From: Octopus vulgaris
Lineage: Eukaryota
Reading direction: 5' to 3'
DNA length: 64,000 bases
NCBI GenBank assembly: GCA_951406725.2
Contig: OX597817.1
Coordinates: 149,172,001 to 149,236,000, forward strand
Shown here: positions 11,893-27,527 of the stretch, one piece after another
How positions within the stretch are numbered: the first letter of the stretch is position 1
Layout: the number at the start of each line of letters is the position of its first letter
The notes under the pieces: model-generated
The model's database searches: none
Told to the model about the DNA's origin: nothing
The model's input: only the letters and a program-made list of their open reading frames with translations
Translations under genes and position numbers: made by a program

Positions 11893-13164
11893 ATCGAAGA
11901 TTATAAAGATATAGACTATCCTTGATTAGAAGAATTTCTATTGAAACAGCAGTCAACGCGACGACCAGCAATTTTTTTCCAACTACAAAAAGAATCCTAT
12001 CCACTGCGGTATTATTGTGGTGTCCATCAGACAGAGGTTAGTATTAGTTTAATTAAGATCAGGTTGTTGTTGAAGGACAGAAGTCTGGTGAGTTCAGATG
12101 TTAGTGAAAACGAGATTACAAATAGATAAGCTAAACGCAACCAGATCTAATCCTGATGTCAATGGTATGAAAATAATGTCCAATCGTGAAGTGGTGAGGA
12201 TGGAGCGAGAAGAGAGGAGTTAAAAAATATTTCTTCGTGATGATCTCTTTCGTGTAGAAATTAGAATAAATGTGATTTATACATAAATCAATATCTGGCG
12301 AAAGTTTTACAACATCAAACTTGAAATTAGTTGACTTACTGTTCAATTGTGCGTGAATGGACGATGTCATTTGAGGATAAGGAACGAGGTGAAAGTTCGT
12401 AGACTTGGTTGGCTTTATCGAGCAGACATCTAACCTAGAGGAAGCATGTCCAAAGTGATAGGGTCACTCATAAACTTAACATGATGGAAATTTCTACGTC
12501 TCTATGCAAACACAATTTATTTTTAATGACACCGGGTCTCTGGAAGCTTAAATCAGTCATTGCTAGAATTTGAATATAGATGTGATATTCACTCATCAAT
12601 CTGTTTTGACTCGACTACATTGATCGTTGTTTCCCGACCCCACAATAAAAGCTGATCATGCACTATTATTTGTAACGCTTCCTTCGGTTTTACTGAGTTT
12701 AAGATCATTATAAAAAGTGACCGATTTTCTGATCTTTAACAATTAGGAACGCAAGTTACAATTACATTATATCCTTCATACATTTATTAAAGAAATTAGT
12801 GGCATAACTGTATCGATTCCAAATGAGAATCGAAATCGGTTAGCAGTCCTTATTGATCTGGATCCTACAAACATTCCACGTTCGCTGATACCAATCGTAA
12901 TATAATCTATTAGCATTACATTGATGAGATGCAATCAACTTAGAGAAAGCGTAAACATGCAAAGATCACATTTTCAAGATTTATTTAATGAAATATTTTG
13001 TGAAACATCAAAAGGGAATCATCATTGATTCAGGGATTCGGTGGAACAAAAATGAGTTCACATGACATCACCGGCTACCGCTGGTTCATTGAATGTTTCT
13101 ACAAGCAGTATTTGTAGAGAAGATGGCAGCATGTTCAAAGCTAGAGAGAGGACGTTTCATTGTT

Positions 13165-13650
13165 GTTTCCTGGTATACGTATGTTAAAAAAAGTATGGAA
13201 CGCAAGTGTAATTTCAATAAAGAACGAAATAAGAATTTTTAACGTTAACGTAAAAGCGGTGTTATTGTATGGGGCTGAGACATGGCGAACAACAGTTAAG
13301 TCAAATAAGCACATACAATCATTCATTAACAGATGCTTGCGTAGTATACTTAAAATTAGTTGGCCTGAACACATAAGCAATATGGAGCTATGGCAAAGAG
13401 CAAATCAAGTTTCGATTACGGAGCAAATATTTAAGAAAAAGTGGAAGTGGATTGGTAGCACAATTAGAAAAGACACACCAAATGTAGCGAAAAGTACATT
13501 ACAATGGAATTCGGATGGATATATATAAAAAAAAGGTAAGCCTAAGAACTGGTGGCGTAGATCAACGCAAAGGGAAGTAGAGAAAGGGGGACATTCATGG
13601 CAAAGTATAAGCACAGAAGCGAAAAATTATGCGACATGGAATTCAACTAT
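13165..13650 (+). mobile_element. RTE-clade LINE 3' fragment
   Basis: IRIFNVNVKAVLLYGAETW...FINRCLRSILKISWPEHISNMELW...KWKWIG, then a KKGKPKNWWRRS-type motif after a frameshift. Confidence 0.88.
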
Positions 13651-14099
13651 AATTGGCCTTTACTCTGCGTTGGAGGGTTAAAGTCAGGAAAAAAATTCGT
13701 ACTAAATGTGACAGAAAGCTAAACTGTGGCGTTCCAGTTCCAATTAAAGAAGATTTTTCGACGTCCCTTTTCAGAAGAGCATTTTCCATGTGGAGATACA
13801 TATATGTATGTGTGTGTAAGTGCATGCATGTGTGCGCATTCCTATGAGTCTGTGTATGCATCTCTATGTGTGTATATCTTATTGTTCTGTAGGAAGTTGA
13901 AACTTCGCAAATCATCGAGGGTTGCTTGAGCCGATCGTCAGAGGATCGAATATGACAAACTCAGAGTATATGTGTAAAGCTTTATATGCAGGAGTAATAA
14001 GAAGGTAAAATATGTTGCTTCGAGCTATGAATAACCCTGTTTACTTTCGTTGTTAAACACTGTTTGTGCTTTTCACGTTATATAATACTTTTATTTTTG

Positions 14100-14405
14100 T
14101 GGAGGTGCGTGTCTTAGCGGTTACGGTATTCAGCTCACGATCGCAAGGTCATGAGTTCAATTTCCGGCGGTGCGTTGAGTCCTTCAGCAAGACACTTCAT
14201 TTCTCGTTTCTCCAGTCCACTCACGTCGCAAGAATAAGCTATACCTGTAATACAAAGAGCCAAGCTAGTCACACTCTGTGTCATGCTAAATCGCTCTAAG
14301 AACTACGTTAAGGGTACACTGTCTGTGGAGTACTCAGTGACTTCCACGTTAATTTCACGAATAGGCTGTTCCGTTGAGCGGATCAAATGAAACCCTTTCC
14401 GTAAC
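14100..14405 (+). mobile_element. SINE related to family C (different head/middle, shared 3' half)
   Basis: B-box GAGTTCAATT; 3' part AACTACGTTAAGGGTACAC...TTAATTTCACG shared with SINE C; similar copy at 60093-60398. Confidence 0.75.
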
Positions 14406-15009
14406 CTTATATTAAGTAATACTCGGAAATACGGATGTTTCGAATTTATTTCTTTTTTGTAGTTAAATGCAGCATGAATATATCATCGATGCATCTACCA
14501 AATATATACTTCTTTTAACAATGTTTGATGCACCACTTAATTTAATTCGAAGGGTCGTTTAATTTCCAGCATGGTAGAGTTTGTAGCAGTAATACAGTTG
14601 TATGACTTTTTGGTTGTAATCTGTTTGCAGCGGAGCAATTCATTTAAATATGAACACACACACAGAGATAAATAAACGCACACACTTATTGAACCCCTTC
14701 GAAACTACATATGCATACACATGCATGCATATACAATTTACACAGTTACCTCCACTAATGCTCTTGTAAGTATGATCACTATTTCGTTCTGTTTCACTTC
14801 CGGTGGATTGACCGCCGACATTTTGCAACATAACAAGATGTTTTCTCCGATATTGCCTTTTTTTCAACCCTTACTCTATACATTTTTCCTTGTAACTAAG
14901 AGTTTCAGCTTGAAGCATCGAAGACACTCCTCATTGCGGGGCAAATTAATAATATGCCATCCTTTCAGTTTTTGTACTCCATGGTCTTGTAACGTCGTGA
15001 AACTTTAAC

Positions 15010-15254
15010 AGATGTATACATGCGCGCGTGTGTGTGTGTGATTGTATGGGTTTGTGTGTGTGTATGTGTGAGTGCTTCCGCGCTTACATATACAAATTCC
15101 CATTAAAATATATCTAAATGAAAAATTTCAGTTTGAATGCTATCGTATGTGGCCATCTAGTTACATATCCGTCCACCTAGATATATGTGTGTGTGTGTTT
15201 GTGTGTGATTGTGTGTGCATATATGTATGGATGTAAGTACATGTATATAAATAA

Positions 15255-15309
<55 letters not shown>

Positions 15310-15329
15310 TAGATACATAGATATATATG

Positions 15330-15381
<52 letters not shown>

Positions 15382-15500
15382 GATAGATAGATAGATATAG
15401 ATATATGCGTACAGATGCACGTCAACACATACATTCCTGCAAACATCCATATATATATATACATTCATTTATACATACATCCATGCATGCATACACACAG

Positions 15501-15598
<98 letters not shown>

Positions 15599-16142
15599 TT
15601 ATATATACGTAAGTATACCAATCCATAAAACTGCAATGCTATTTCTCACGCCTCTCAGGAAATAAATGGTGGAACAACTCTGTTATCAATTGTTAATTAT
15701 TTGTACCAATAGCCAGAGTGACAGCTGTCTACTCTTGGCTCCAAGACTCTCAATTCTTGTTAGATATTTTGCGAAGCATCTTTTGTTAAACGCGCCCGAT
15801 TTTCCTATTCGTTATCTGGTCGTGAATCGAATAGTAAAGAAATTTCAAAAGAATGCAGAATTTGTGTAAGAAACTAAAGTATAGAGAGAGAAAGAAGCAA
15901 AGCAATGCTGAAAAAACGTGCTGTAAATTTGTTATTGGTGTTTGACGAATATTTTATGAAAAATGTGGTCGACAAATTGTCAATATGATTCAAGATCATG
16001 CATTTTAACTTGACGCAGGCTATATGCAAATTCCGAAAAAGAAAAAAATCTACGGTCAATCAATAATTTTAACTTTTTTCCACGTGATATTCTCGATATT
16101 AACTATGTGAATGTATATTTATATATGTCTACGTATGTAGTA

Positions 16143-16173
<31 letters not shown>

Positions 16174-16314
16174 ATGTATATATATGTACATGTATGTATG
16201 TATATAACAATATCTTTAAACACACATATACAAATATCTGAATGCATTAAATACTCTCGTGTATATATATATATATATATAGCATACATTTATATTTATA
16301 TATACATATATATG

Positions 16315-16361
<47 letters not shown>

Positions 16362-16590
16362 TTGTGTGTGTATATATACAAGCATATATATGTATATACA
16401 TTTATATTTATATATACATATATATGTATATATATACAAGCATACATATATATATATGTTTATAAATATACGTGTTTGTGCTGTGTGTGTGCGTGGCTAA
16501 TTTTTCTATTTAATATTCGTATGCATACACAAATACACACACAAACACACGTTTATTTTTTATATATTTATATGTACATATATACATAAT
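15010..16590. repeat. TA/CA/TAGA microsatellite clusters (15010-15610 and 16110-16590)
   Basis: Direct inspection. Confidence 0.9.
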
Positions 16591-17385
16591 TTTTTGTTAT
16601 CTTCAGTTTTAGCTCGTTTCACTGCTATCGATTGGGGTAGTATTTCTATGAAGTAATAATATTTGCTACGTTGTAGCACACAGACTATCGCTAACCAATA
16701 AAAAACAGACACGTTGAAGTGAGCCTGGCAAAATTCCGAAATATTTGCAACTAGAGAACAAACCAATTATCTATTCACATTAATAGCTGATTCGAGACTA
16801 TCTGCCCCTGCTCTTCTTAATATTTAATTCTCATCCCGATAGACTGAGCCTATCCAAATCTCTTGATACAGCAACATACATGATGATACAATACCAAATA
16901 TGATGAAGTACTGCTCGTCATATAATACATCCCAGGCCCCATTAGCTGGAGAGTGTATTCCTTATCAATTCGTTTATGACTGTGTTAAATAGTATACAGT
17001 TGGCAGACACTAACTATAAAATTAATGTATTAGCAGTCAGTAGGCTTTGCAACCATGTGGTCCCCGGTTCTCTCCCACTTCGCGGCTCCATCATCAATTT
17101 TTTTTCTTTTTCATTGGTCTGACACGGATCGACCAATGCCCCGTGAGTAAATTTGATAGACGGAAACTGGCAGAAACGTTAGCGCGCCGGGCGAAATGCT
17201 TTGTGGCATTTTGTCCGCCGCTGCGTTCTGAGTTCATATTTCGCCGAGGTCGACTCGATAAATTAAGTACCAGTTACGCACTGGTACTTAATCGACTTAA
17301 TCTTGTTTTTCCCCTCTATGTTTAGCCCCTTGTAGGCAATAAAGAAATAGGAAACTGTGTGGACCTCATCGTGTATTTCTATGTG

Positions 17386-18340
17386 CAGGGTGGAACATAA
17401 AGATCGCCCACATTATGAATGAATATAAAGAAAGGCGCAGGAGTGGCTGTGTGGTAAGTAGCTTGCTAACTAAACACATGGTTCCGGGTTCAGTCCCACT
17501 GCGTGGCATCTTGGGCAAGTGTCTTCTGCTATAGCCCCGGGCCGACCAATGCCTTGTGAGTGGATTTGGTAGACGGAAACTGAAAGAAGCCTGTCGTATA
17601 TATGTATATATATATGCGTGTGTGTGTTTGTGTGTCTGTGGTTGTTCCCCTAGCATTGCTTGACAACCGTTGCTGGTATGTTTACGTCCCCGTCACTTAG
17701 CGGTTCGGCAAAAGCGACCGATAGAATAAGTACTGGGCTTACAAAGAATAAGTCCCGGGGTCGATTTGCTCGACTAAAGGCGGTGCTCCAGCATGGCCGC
17801 AGTCAAATGACTGAAACAAGTAAAAGAGTAAAAAGAGAGTAAAGAACACAACCATAGAGGAAAAAGTTTATTGTTTCTGAAAAGTAAATAACAGTATATT
17901 TTACTGGGTTTTAAAAACTATATTAAGCAAATTGCGGCCGTTTTTATCAGTACATTGATGCAGTCGTTCCCGAAAGTTCTCCATAACTCTCTGTGCCATC
18001 TCAGGTGGTATTGCGTTGATTTCCTCACGAATCCTTTCTTTCAAATCTTCAAGAGTTCGAGAACGATGTCTGAAAACGTTTTCCTCTAGGTATCCCCAAA
18101 GGAAAAAAAGGCAGAAAGGCTTAAATCTGGTGACCTTGCCGGCCACCCTCAAAGTCTTTGAGTAATCTATGATGAATACGAGAATGGTAGATCCCAAAAA
18201 GGGAAAGAAGTTCTTGAGTAATTAAAAATGAATACAAAACTGGCAGATTTTAGCCTCCTAAATGAAACTCGTCCCGCTTCTCTGCTTCTACTTACGTCCA
18301 TACGTCCTCCAAATGTGGAAGATCTTTATGGCCCACCCTG
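17386..18340 (-). mobile_element. Internally deleted Tc1/mariner-superfamily transposon
   Basis: TIR CAGGGTGGAACATAAAGATC vs revcomp CAGGGTGGGCCATAAAGATC, with TA on the right side; transposase C-terminus FFLWGYLEENVF...RTLEDLKERIREEI...NFRERLHQC..KNG. Confidence 0.9.
17434..17840 (+). mobile_element. SINE family B, well-preserved copy inside the mariner relic
   Basis: Full head to tail; flanking TAAAGAA repeat. Confidence 0.93.
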
Positions 18341-18882
18341 TATATATGTATTTATATGTATCTTTGTCCCTATGCTTCTCGTCGTCTTCCTCTACCATCA
18401 TCATTTGACAAACGGTGTTGGTTTGTTTACATCACCGTTCGGCAAAATAAAAAGATCTAATAAATTCGAGTTTCCCAAAAACCAGCAACATCATAAATGT
18501 TGGAGTCGATTTATTCGACTAAATCCGTGAAGAGAATGCCCAGCATGGACGCAGTCCAATGAGTGAAACATGTAGAAGTCATATCAATATAAGTCGGCTA
18601 ATATTCCATAGAAGGTTTACTTCTCAGCAATAAGGAAATGTCTTCACAGCGTTTGATCTTCGCCAACCTATACCGTATAGAAACAATATGGCGCTTAGCA
18701 CCATCAGGATTAAATTAAGCGCTACGTAGGAGCTTTCTGGGGAAGTATGATGTATGACAACAAGAAGAAATCTATACATAGCAAGCACCAGCGTACGTTT
18801 GAAATTTCTTGATTGGAACTGCAATGCTGCATCGCGATTAAATGGTTGAGTTTCCACTTCGTTATTATCTTGGTCTCTCGTA

Positions 18883-19285
18883 AGGCGCCGAGCTGGCAGA
18901 ATCGCTAGCACGCCGGGAGAAATGTTTAGCTGTATTTCGTCTGCCGCTATGTTCTCAGTTCAAATTCCGCCGACGTCGACTTAGCCTTTCATCCTTTTGG
19001 AGTCGATGAATTAAGTACCAGCTGTCTACTGGAGTCGACATAATCGATTGGCCCCCCTCCCCAAAAATTTCGGACCTTGTACCTAGAGTGAAAAAGAATC
19101 GTTAGCACGCCGGGCGAAATGCTTAGATGTATTTCGTCTACCGCTACGTTCTCACTTCAAATTCCGCTGAAGTCGACTTTGCTTTTCATTCTTTCGAGGT
19201 GGATAACAGTTACGATCTGGGGGTCGATGTAATCAACTATTCTCCCACCCCAAATTTCAGGCCTTAAGCCTATAGTAGAAAGGAT
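18883..19285 (+). mobile_element. SINE family A dimer with alternative tail and junction
   Basis: Junction AAAAAGAAT|CGTTAGCACGCC at ~19098. Confidence 0.88.
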
Positions 19286-19584
19286 TGTAAGTTTGGTCTT
19301 TTTTTTTAAATGGTTGCCTAGACCAACGAAGAGTGCCATAAATCAAGTGTAGTTAGGGTATATTTTTCCATTAATTCTTTATATTAAAAAAATTCGATAT
19401 CACATCGCAAAGGGGTATGACGAAACAATTTAAGATTAGATATGCCTGCAGTAAGAAAATATTAGGCATCTTAGTGGGTTTACTATTATGATGGCTAATT
19501 TCATCTTGTGACCTTTTCAGGTTTTCTTGGCGGATAATTAATCAGAAAAAACAGCTCACATTTTTTTAATAACTATAAGAATGT

Positions 19585-19916
<332 letters not shown>

Positions 19917-20704
19917 ATACTAAACGTAAATTTGCAAAGTTTGTTATAGAATACTCGGTGTCACGAAAAAGTATCTGAACCATGTGATTAACTTTTGAAA
20001 TATCAATAATTGAATTTGGGGGTTATTTATAAATTTCGTTGTTTTATATGCTGTGTCTGTGTGCGCGTGTGTAACATTCTCTTTCTTATATAGCTTCGTT
20101 TTCTTTTTAAATTCATTTTCATTATTCTCCCTCTCCTCGTGCCTTTCTTCTATATACATTCACACATACATCCATACATACATATAGGTATGTATGTATG
20201 TATGTATTTATATATAGTCAACACTAATTGTTATTGCATGTACTACGAGCACATATATTGCTAGAAATAAGAGTTAAACCACTTAGAGCAGCGTAAAAGC
20301 AAATTCCTACATACTGGCAGAGTAGACGACTGTCCCATGAGAGAAACAAAGCTACAACACTGGATTGCACACGTTCACCCTAATAGGAATTATCAATACT
20401 CTGCCTGCACAACAGCTGTCCACATTAGTTTTTATTAGGGAATATTACTTTCGAGTACACAAGAAAAACACATTCAAATTAGATGTACTAAAATGAACAT
20501 CTCTCAATGTTTAATTCGTATTTATAAAAGTAATTTTAGAGACAGAACCACATTCAACTCAATCAACACTGAAAGATTTTATACCCGACCACTCCGTAAA
20601 ATGTTAAGAATTAAATTTTATACTAACTATATCTCTTCTGAATTCTGAATCAGTGTTGAGTTGAAGGTGGTTCTGTCTCTAACATTATATATATATATAT
20701 ATAT

Positions 20705-21100
20705 TGTTGTATTTAGGAATGGTCATTTTGCCAGTTTAGCCAACACACGCACTATATATTTGGTGTTACTTTGCTTCAGCGTTATTTATTTTTTACATTA
20801 ATCTTAATCTTATTTCGGCCAGAGTTCTTTCGTCACACTTCTGTGACCTCATCAGTGGTCCTTTGCTTTCTTCTTTCTTATTTGTGTGTCTCTGCTTACT
20901 AACGGTCAGCCATTTTGTATTGTCTATTTCTATTGTATGTGTCTTCATTTGTGCATGCGTATATCTCTATGCGCGTCTATGTTTAGTTAGTGTGTGTGGG
21001 GGGGGGAATGCCTAGTAATATTTGTATCTCCTACTTATATACGTTCGTGTACTTTGTTTTTGTTTTTGTTTATTTTTATTTTGTTCATGCTTACACCCAC

Positions 21101-21141
<41 letters not shown>

Positions 21142-21148
21142 TTTATTA

Positions 21149-21200
<52 letters not shown>

Positions 21201-22338
21201 GTATATATATATCTATGTATATATAATAATAATAATAATAAAATATATATAGTTATTTACTTCCATTTGTTTATTTATCTGTGTATTTTATTTTATAATG
21301 TTTTCAGTTTTGTTTATATTGTAACCAGTTTATGGGGATCTTCTTCTGTCATATGCGAATTGTGTCCCGCATGTGCGAGCCTACAGAGTTAAAGAGACAC
21401 ATACAACATTTCGTTCACCACATGCAGTTCTCAGGTTACAACTATAAAGAAAGGATCAGAGTATACAAAGGGGTCATGAAGAAATTTAATACTATCTTAT
21501 GTAATGAGAGGAATTGGATTTGCCCACTCTATAGGAGAAAGTCATGGAACACTATTGAAAGGACAAAGACGAAAATAGGGAAGGCCAACTCTTGGTATGA
21601 TAGCCACAAATACCAGAGTGTCATGTTCGTCGACACCACCCCTAGAGGTGAACTGGCGTACCGCTTTAGAAGGACTCTAGACAAACTTAAGCTAAGGATT
21701 AAGATTGTTAAAAGGCCAGGCAATCCTATCAAATCCATAATCGGTAGAACCTACCCTTTTAGTAGAACCCACTGTATGGATAGGAACTGTACTGTGTGTA
21801 GATTTAGCCCACAAACACACTGTAAAGCCAGAGATGTAGTATATAGTATAAGATGTATAGAAGGACGATGCAGTAACAAGACAACGACATATGTAGGGGG
21901 AAACGGCACGGAGCATAGGAAAGCGGGTAAATGACATTGGAGAGAACTTAAGGAAGGAAAGAGCTCATCGGTTCTGTACCGACACGCCGAGCAGAAACAC
22001 GGGGGCTCAATCAACAACATAGAAGTTAAAATCTTGTCCACACATAGAACAGACGCAACAATCAGACAAATTACGGAAGCTACACACATAATAGAAGATA
22101 AACTTAGCCTGAATAGGAAACTGGAATGGAACACTAGCACACACCACAACATATGACAGAAGAAGATCCCCATAAACTGGTTACAGTATAAACAAAACTA
22201 AAAACATAATAAAATGCACAGATAAATAAACAAATGGAAGTAGATAACTATATACATTTTATTTTATTATTATTACTATTATTATTATTATACATACATA
22301 CATAATAATAATGATAATAATAATAAACGTATATAAAC
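20705..22338 (+). mobile_element. 5'-truncated Penelope-like element with inverted 5' pseudo-LTR
   Basis: Body 21354-22156 encodes RT thumb/linker and GIY-YIG (CKARDVVYSIRC...YVG, frameshift, SSVLYRHAEQKH...RQITEA...LNRKLEWN); ~21200-21353 is the reverse complement of 22150-~22310. Confidence 0.9.
20817..20861 (-). ncRNA. Minimal type-I hammerhead ribozyme motif in the PLE pLTR
   Basis: Minus strand GGACCA-CUGAUGA-G-GUCACA gaag UGUGAC-GAAA-GAACUC-UGGCC: core boxes, 6-bp stem II, CUC cleavage triplet, stem I CCA/UGG. Confidence 0.75.
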
Positions 22339-22339
22339 G

Positions 22340-22655
22340 CTATAGCTTCGGGGTGACCAAGGCCTTGTGAGTGGATTTTGTAGACGGAAACTGAAAGAAG
22401 CCTGTCGTATATATATTTACATATGCGTGTGTGTGTGTGTGTGTTTGTGTGTCTGTGTTTGTCCCCGCACCATCGCTTGATAATCGATGCTGGTGTGTTT
22501 ACCTCACCGTAACTTAGAGGTTCGGTAAGAGAGATCGATAGAATAAGTACTAGGCTTACAAAGAAAAAGGCCTGAGGTCGATTTGTTCGACTAAAATCGG
22601 TGCTCCATCATGGCCGCGGTCAAATGACTGAAACAAGAGAAAGAATAAAAGAATA
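22340..22655 (+). mobile_element. SINE family B, 5'-truncated
   Basis: Match to the 3' two-thirds of 17434-17840. Confidence 0.88.
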
Positions 22656-22669
22656 TGTTTGTCATCAAA

Positions 22670-23805
<1,136 letters not shown>

Positions 23806-23944
23806 ACCTTACTATCTACACTTAAATGCATTACCACCCGAAGGGTTTCATTTGTTATTGTATCTTCCGATGACAAATTTAAATGCACTCCGTTTTTCAG
23901 TGATTTACTTAGAACCTTGCAGTTAACTTATCTCGTGAGAGATT

Positions 23945-24230
23945 AATAGATGTTGTGCATCATGTAATGAAATACCTGGTAGCTCTAGCTCATATGCAAA
24001 TCCTGTATGGGCTTAATGTACGGATGTATAGCATGAAGCTTTGCCTTGGAGTAAATTGAAGACCTTTACTATTCAACGCATCCGCTGATACTCGAGATAC
24101 ATAATGAATGACAATGATAAAACGGAAGGCGTTAAATTATCACCTTGCAGAATTGCTGCAATTACATCAAAGTTCTTTCTTTATATGGATGATTTTAAAT
24201 ATCTAGAATACCTGTGATGAGCTCATAAAA
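23945..24230 (-). mobile_element. Degraded LINE reverse transcriptase fragment (RTE-like)
   Basis: Manual translation: FDVIAAILQGDNL, frameshift, FIIVIHYVSRVSAD...GLQFTPRQS, resembling GVLQGDTLAP..FII.LDY.LR. Confidence 0.55.
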
Positions 24231-25278
24231 GGATTTCTTCACCCAGAAGGCAATGTCAGGGTCAGCTTGCAACGAACAGGCCAATATTTGGATAACTGGT
24301 TTAAGCCGAACCTTTAAAATCAATATCTTCCGTGTTCGCGTTTAGCCACATCTATTTATTGTATGTTTCGGTGACACAAACACTTTCTATAAGATTTCAA
24401 GAACAATTGGATAAAATTCCAAGTTTGGTAAGAAATCATTCACGCAATACACATCCAATGCTAAAAGAAATTTATGGGCTTCACTTCTTATACCACAAAA
24501 TGTAACCAAAGTAGAAACGAATTTACTACGCATTATTTCAGAGCATGAATTAGTCTCATCCTTTGTTCTTTGTAGACTCTGGTTAACGAATTGGTAGAGA
24601 AGTTATAGTGACAAAGCAAATGTCAGCATATTTGATCTAACTTAATGCGTTCTGAGTTCAAATCGCGGAGAGGTAACCTTGCATTTAATCTTTTCAGGGT
24701 CGATAAAAAAAGTATCAATCCAGGGCGATAGATTTGGCAGTGTATGAAAATCAGACAAAATGCTTTGCCGTGATTGTTCAGGTTGTTTAGGTTCTGAGAT
24801 CAAATCTCACCACAGCCTACTTAGCTAGTAGACTTAATCCGTTGTCAGGTTTTACACTACCATTGATACCTTGGGTACATTTAGTGAAGCCTACTCTGTC
24901 TCCAGCATTCGGCCTAGGCTTCAGGTTCGAGAATACCCTCCTCTAAATTGTGTCTTGAAAAAAGCTATCCCTCTTTAATAAATTGTTAAAAAACGCTGCT
25001 AAGAAATTTCTTAAACTCTCCTATACAAATGATACGGTTAGAAATTCAGACTAAGATATCTCCGTCATTAGTGAGGTAAGACATGATAGTGTATTCTGTC
25101 GAGAGAGGATCTGACGTCCAGCTTCATTGGAGTCGCCAAATTAACATACCAGTTTATCTATTGCTTTACCTGTGCTTAGCCACAAAGTAAAATACATACA
25201 GAAATACTACACAAGCACACAGAGATACATGTACTTGTGTGTAAAACATAAATATACTCGTCTATAAGGATATATTAT

Positions 25279-26355
<1,077 letters not shown>

Positions 26356-27030
26356 TAATACTTTATTTTATTGAACCTTCGTTTGTCATTCACGACATGA
26401 GCATAAATCATATATGTATTCATATGATATATAGATACATAGATATGTAGTTGATGTCAAGAATTTTATAAACTTTCAAGAAAAGGTGAAATGATTGCTT
26501 TGTTATGTTTTGTTTTTGGAAAGATCTCGAATCACATCCTACAAAGCTATAAATAAGAACATCTAAATATTCGGTTGGGTTGTGTGAAACATTTTAATAG
26601 ATGTTTTAATTGAATAGGAAAACAAAAAGAATATTAATAGACTAGCGTTAATGTATTTCAATATATATAAAGTTGATGATGATGATAATGATGATGATGA
26701 TGATAATGGGAAGGCGGGGCAGGAGGAGAAGTCGGCAGGGGGAAGGAGGTGGACTTGATAGTTGTAATTTAGATAAGGGTGGGTTTGGTAGTGGTGAGGA
26801 ATGCCTGTTTCAAATTAAGACTTAAAATAAAATTGATTATTGCTAGGGGGGATTTAGAATAAATAACTGTCGTTTGGGTTTCATTTTTCCAATCACTAAG
26901 AAATGTTAATAATACTGTTTTTTGAAATGATCATTCAAGCGCGTGTTTAAAGAAAGGTCAAATGGAGTTCGACATACATACACACACATACACACACACA
27001 CATATATGTATATGTGTATTTGTGTGTATG

Positions 27031-27092
<62 letters not shown>

Positions 27093-27095
<3 letters not shown>

Positions 27096-27380
27096 TTCTA
27101 TATTTAAGAGATGAAAAATTCTGTACATTATTTACATTTGACGATATTTGTCCTCATCTTGTTTGTTGTTAGCACATTTCGGCTAATATACCCTCCAGCC
27201 TTCATCAGGTGTCTTGGAGAAATTTCGAACCTGTGTTCTCATCCCTAAAGGTACTTTTTCGATGTTCTTTTGCTTCATCTTCTTCTTATCTTTCTTCTTC
27301 TTCTTCTTCTTCTTCTTCTTCTTCTTCTTCTTCTTCTTCTTCTTCTTCTTCTTCTTCTTCTTCTTCTTCTTCTTCTTCTT

Positions 27381-27420
<40 letters not shown>

Positions 27421-27476
27421 TCACTCCCTGGAATCGAACTCGGAATCTTGGGGTTAGTAGCCCGCGCTCTTAACCA
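27093..27476 (-). mobile_element. Short non-coding element: tRNA-like head + (AAT)n/(AAG)n tract + hammerhead-like motif
   Basis: Minus strand TGGTTAAGAGCGCGGG...GAGTTCGATTCC (partial A box, B box), then ACAC-CTGATGA-A-GGCTG...TAGCC-GAAA at 27177-27212. Confidence 0.65.
27170..27214 (-). ncRNA. Degenerate hammerhead ribozyme motif
   Basis: CUGAUGA, 5-bp stem II and GAAA are intact; stem III and the cleavage triplet are missing in this copy. Confidence 0.55.
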
Positions 27477-27527
27477 TTGAATAATAATAATAATAATGAT
27501 GTTCAATGTCATCATTTCTTTTCATCA

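Larger units (their letters stand above)
17035..18575 (+). mobile_element. Old SINE B split by nested insertions (SINE A, mariner relic)
   Basis: 5' part at 17035-17165; 3' part resumes at 18341-18575 with the CAGCATGGACGCAGTC tail; SINE A at ~17165-17350 is bounded by GGAAACTG. Confidence 0.7.
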
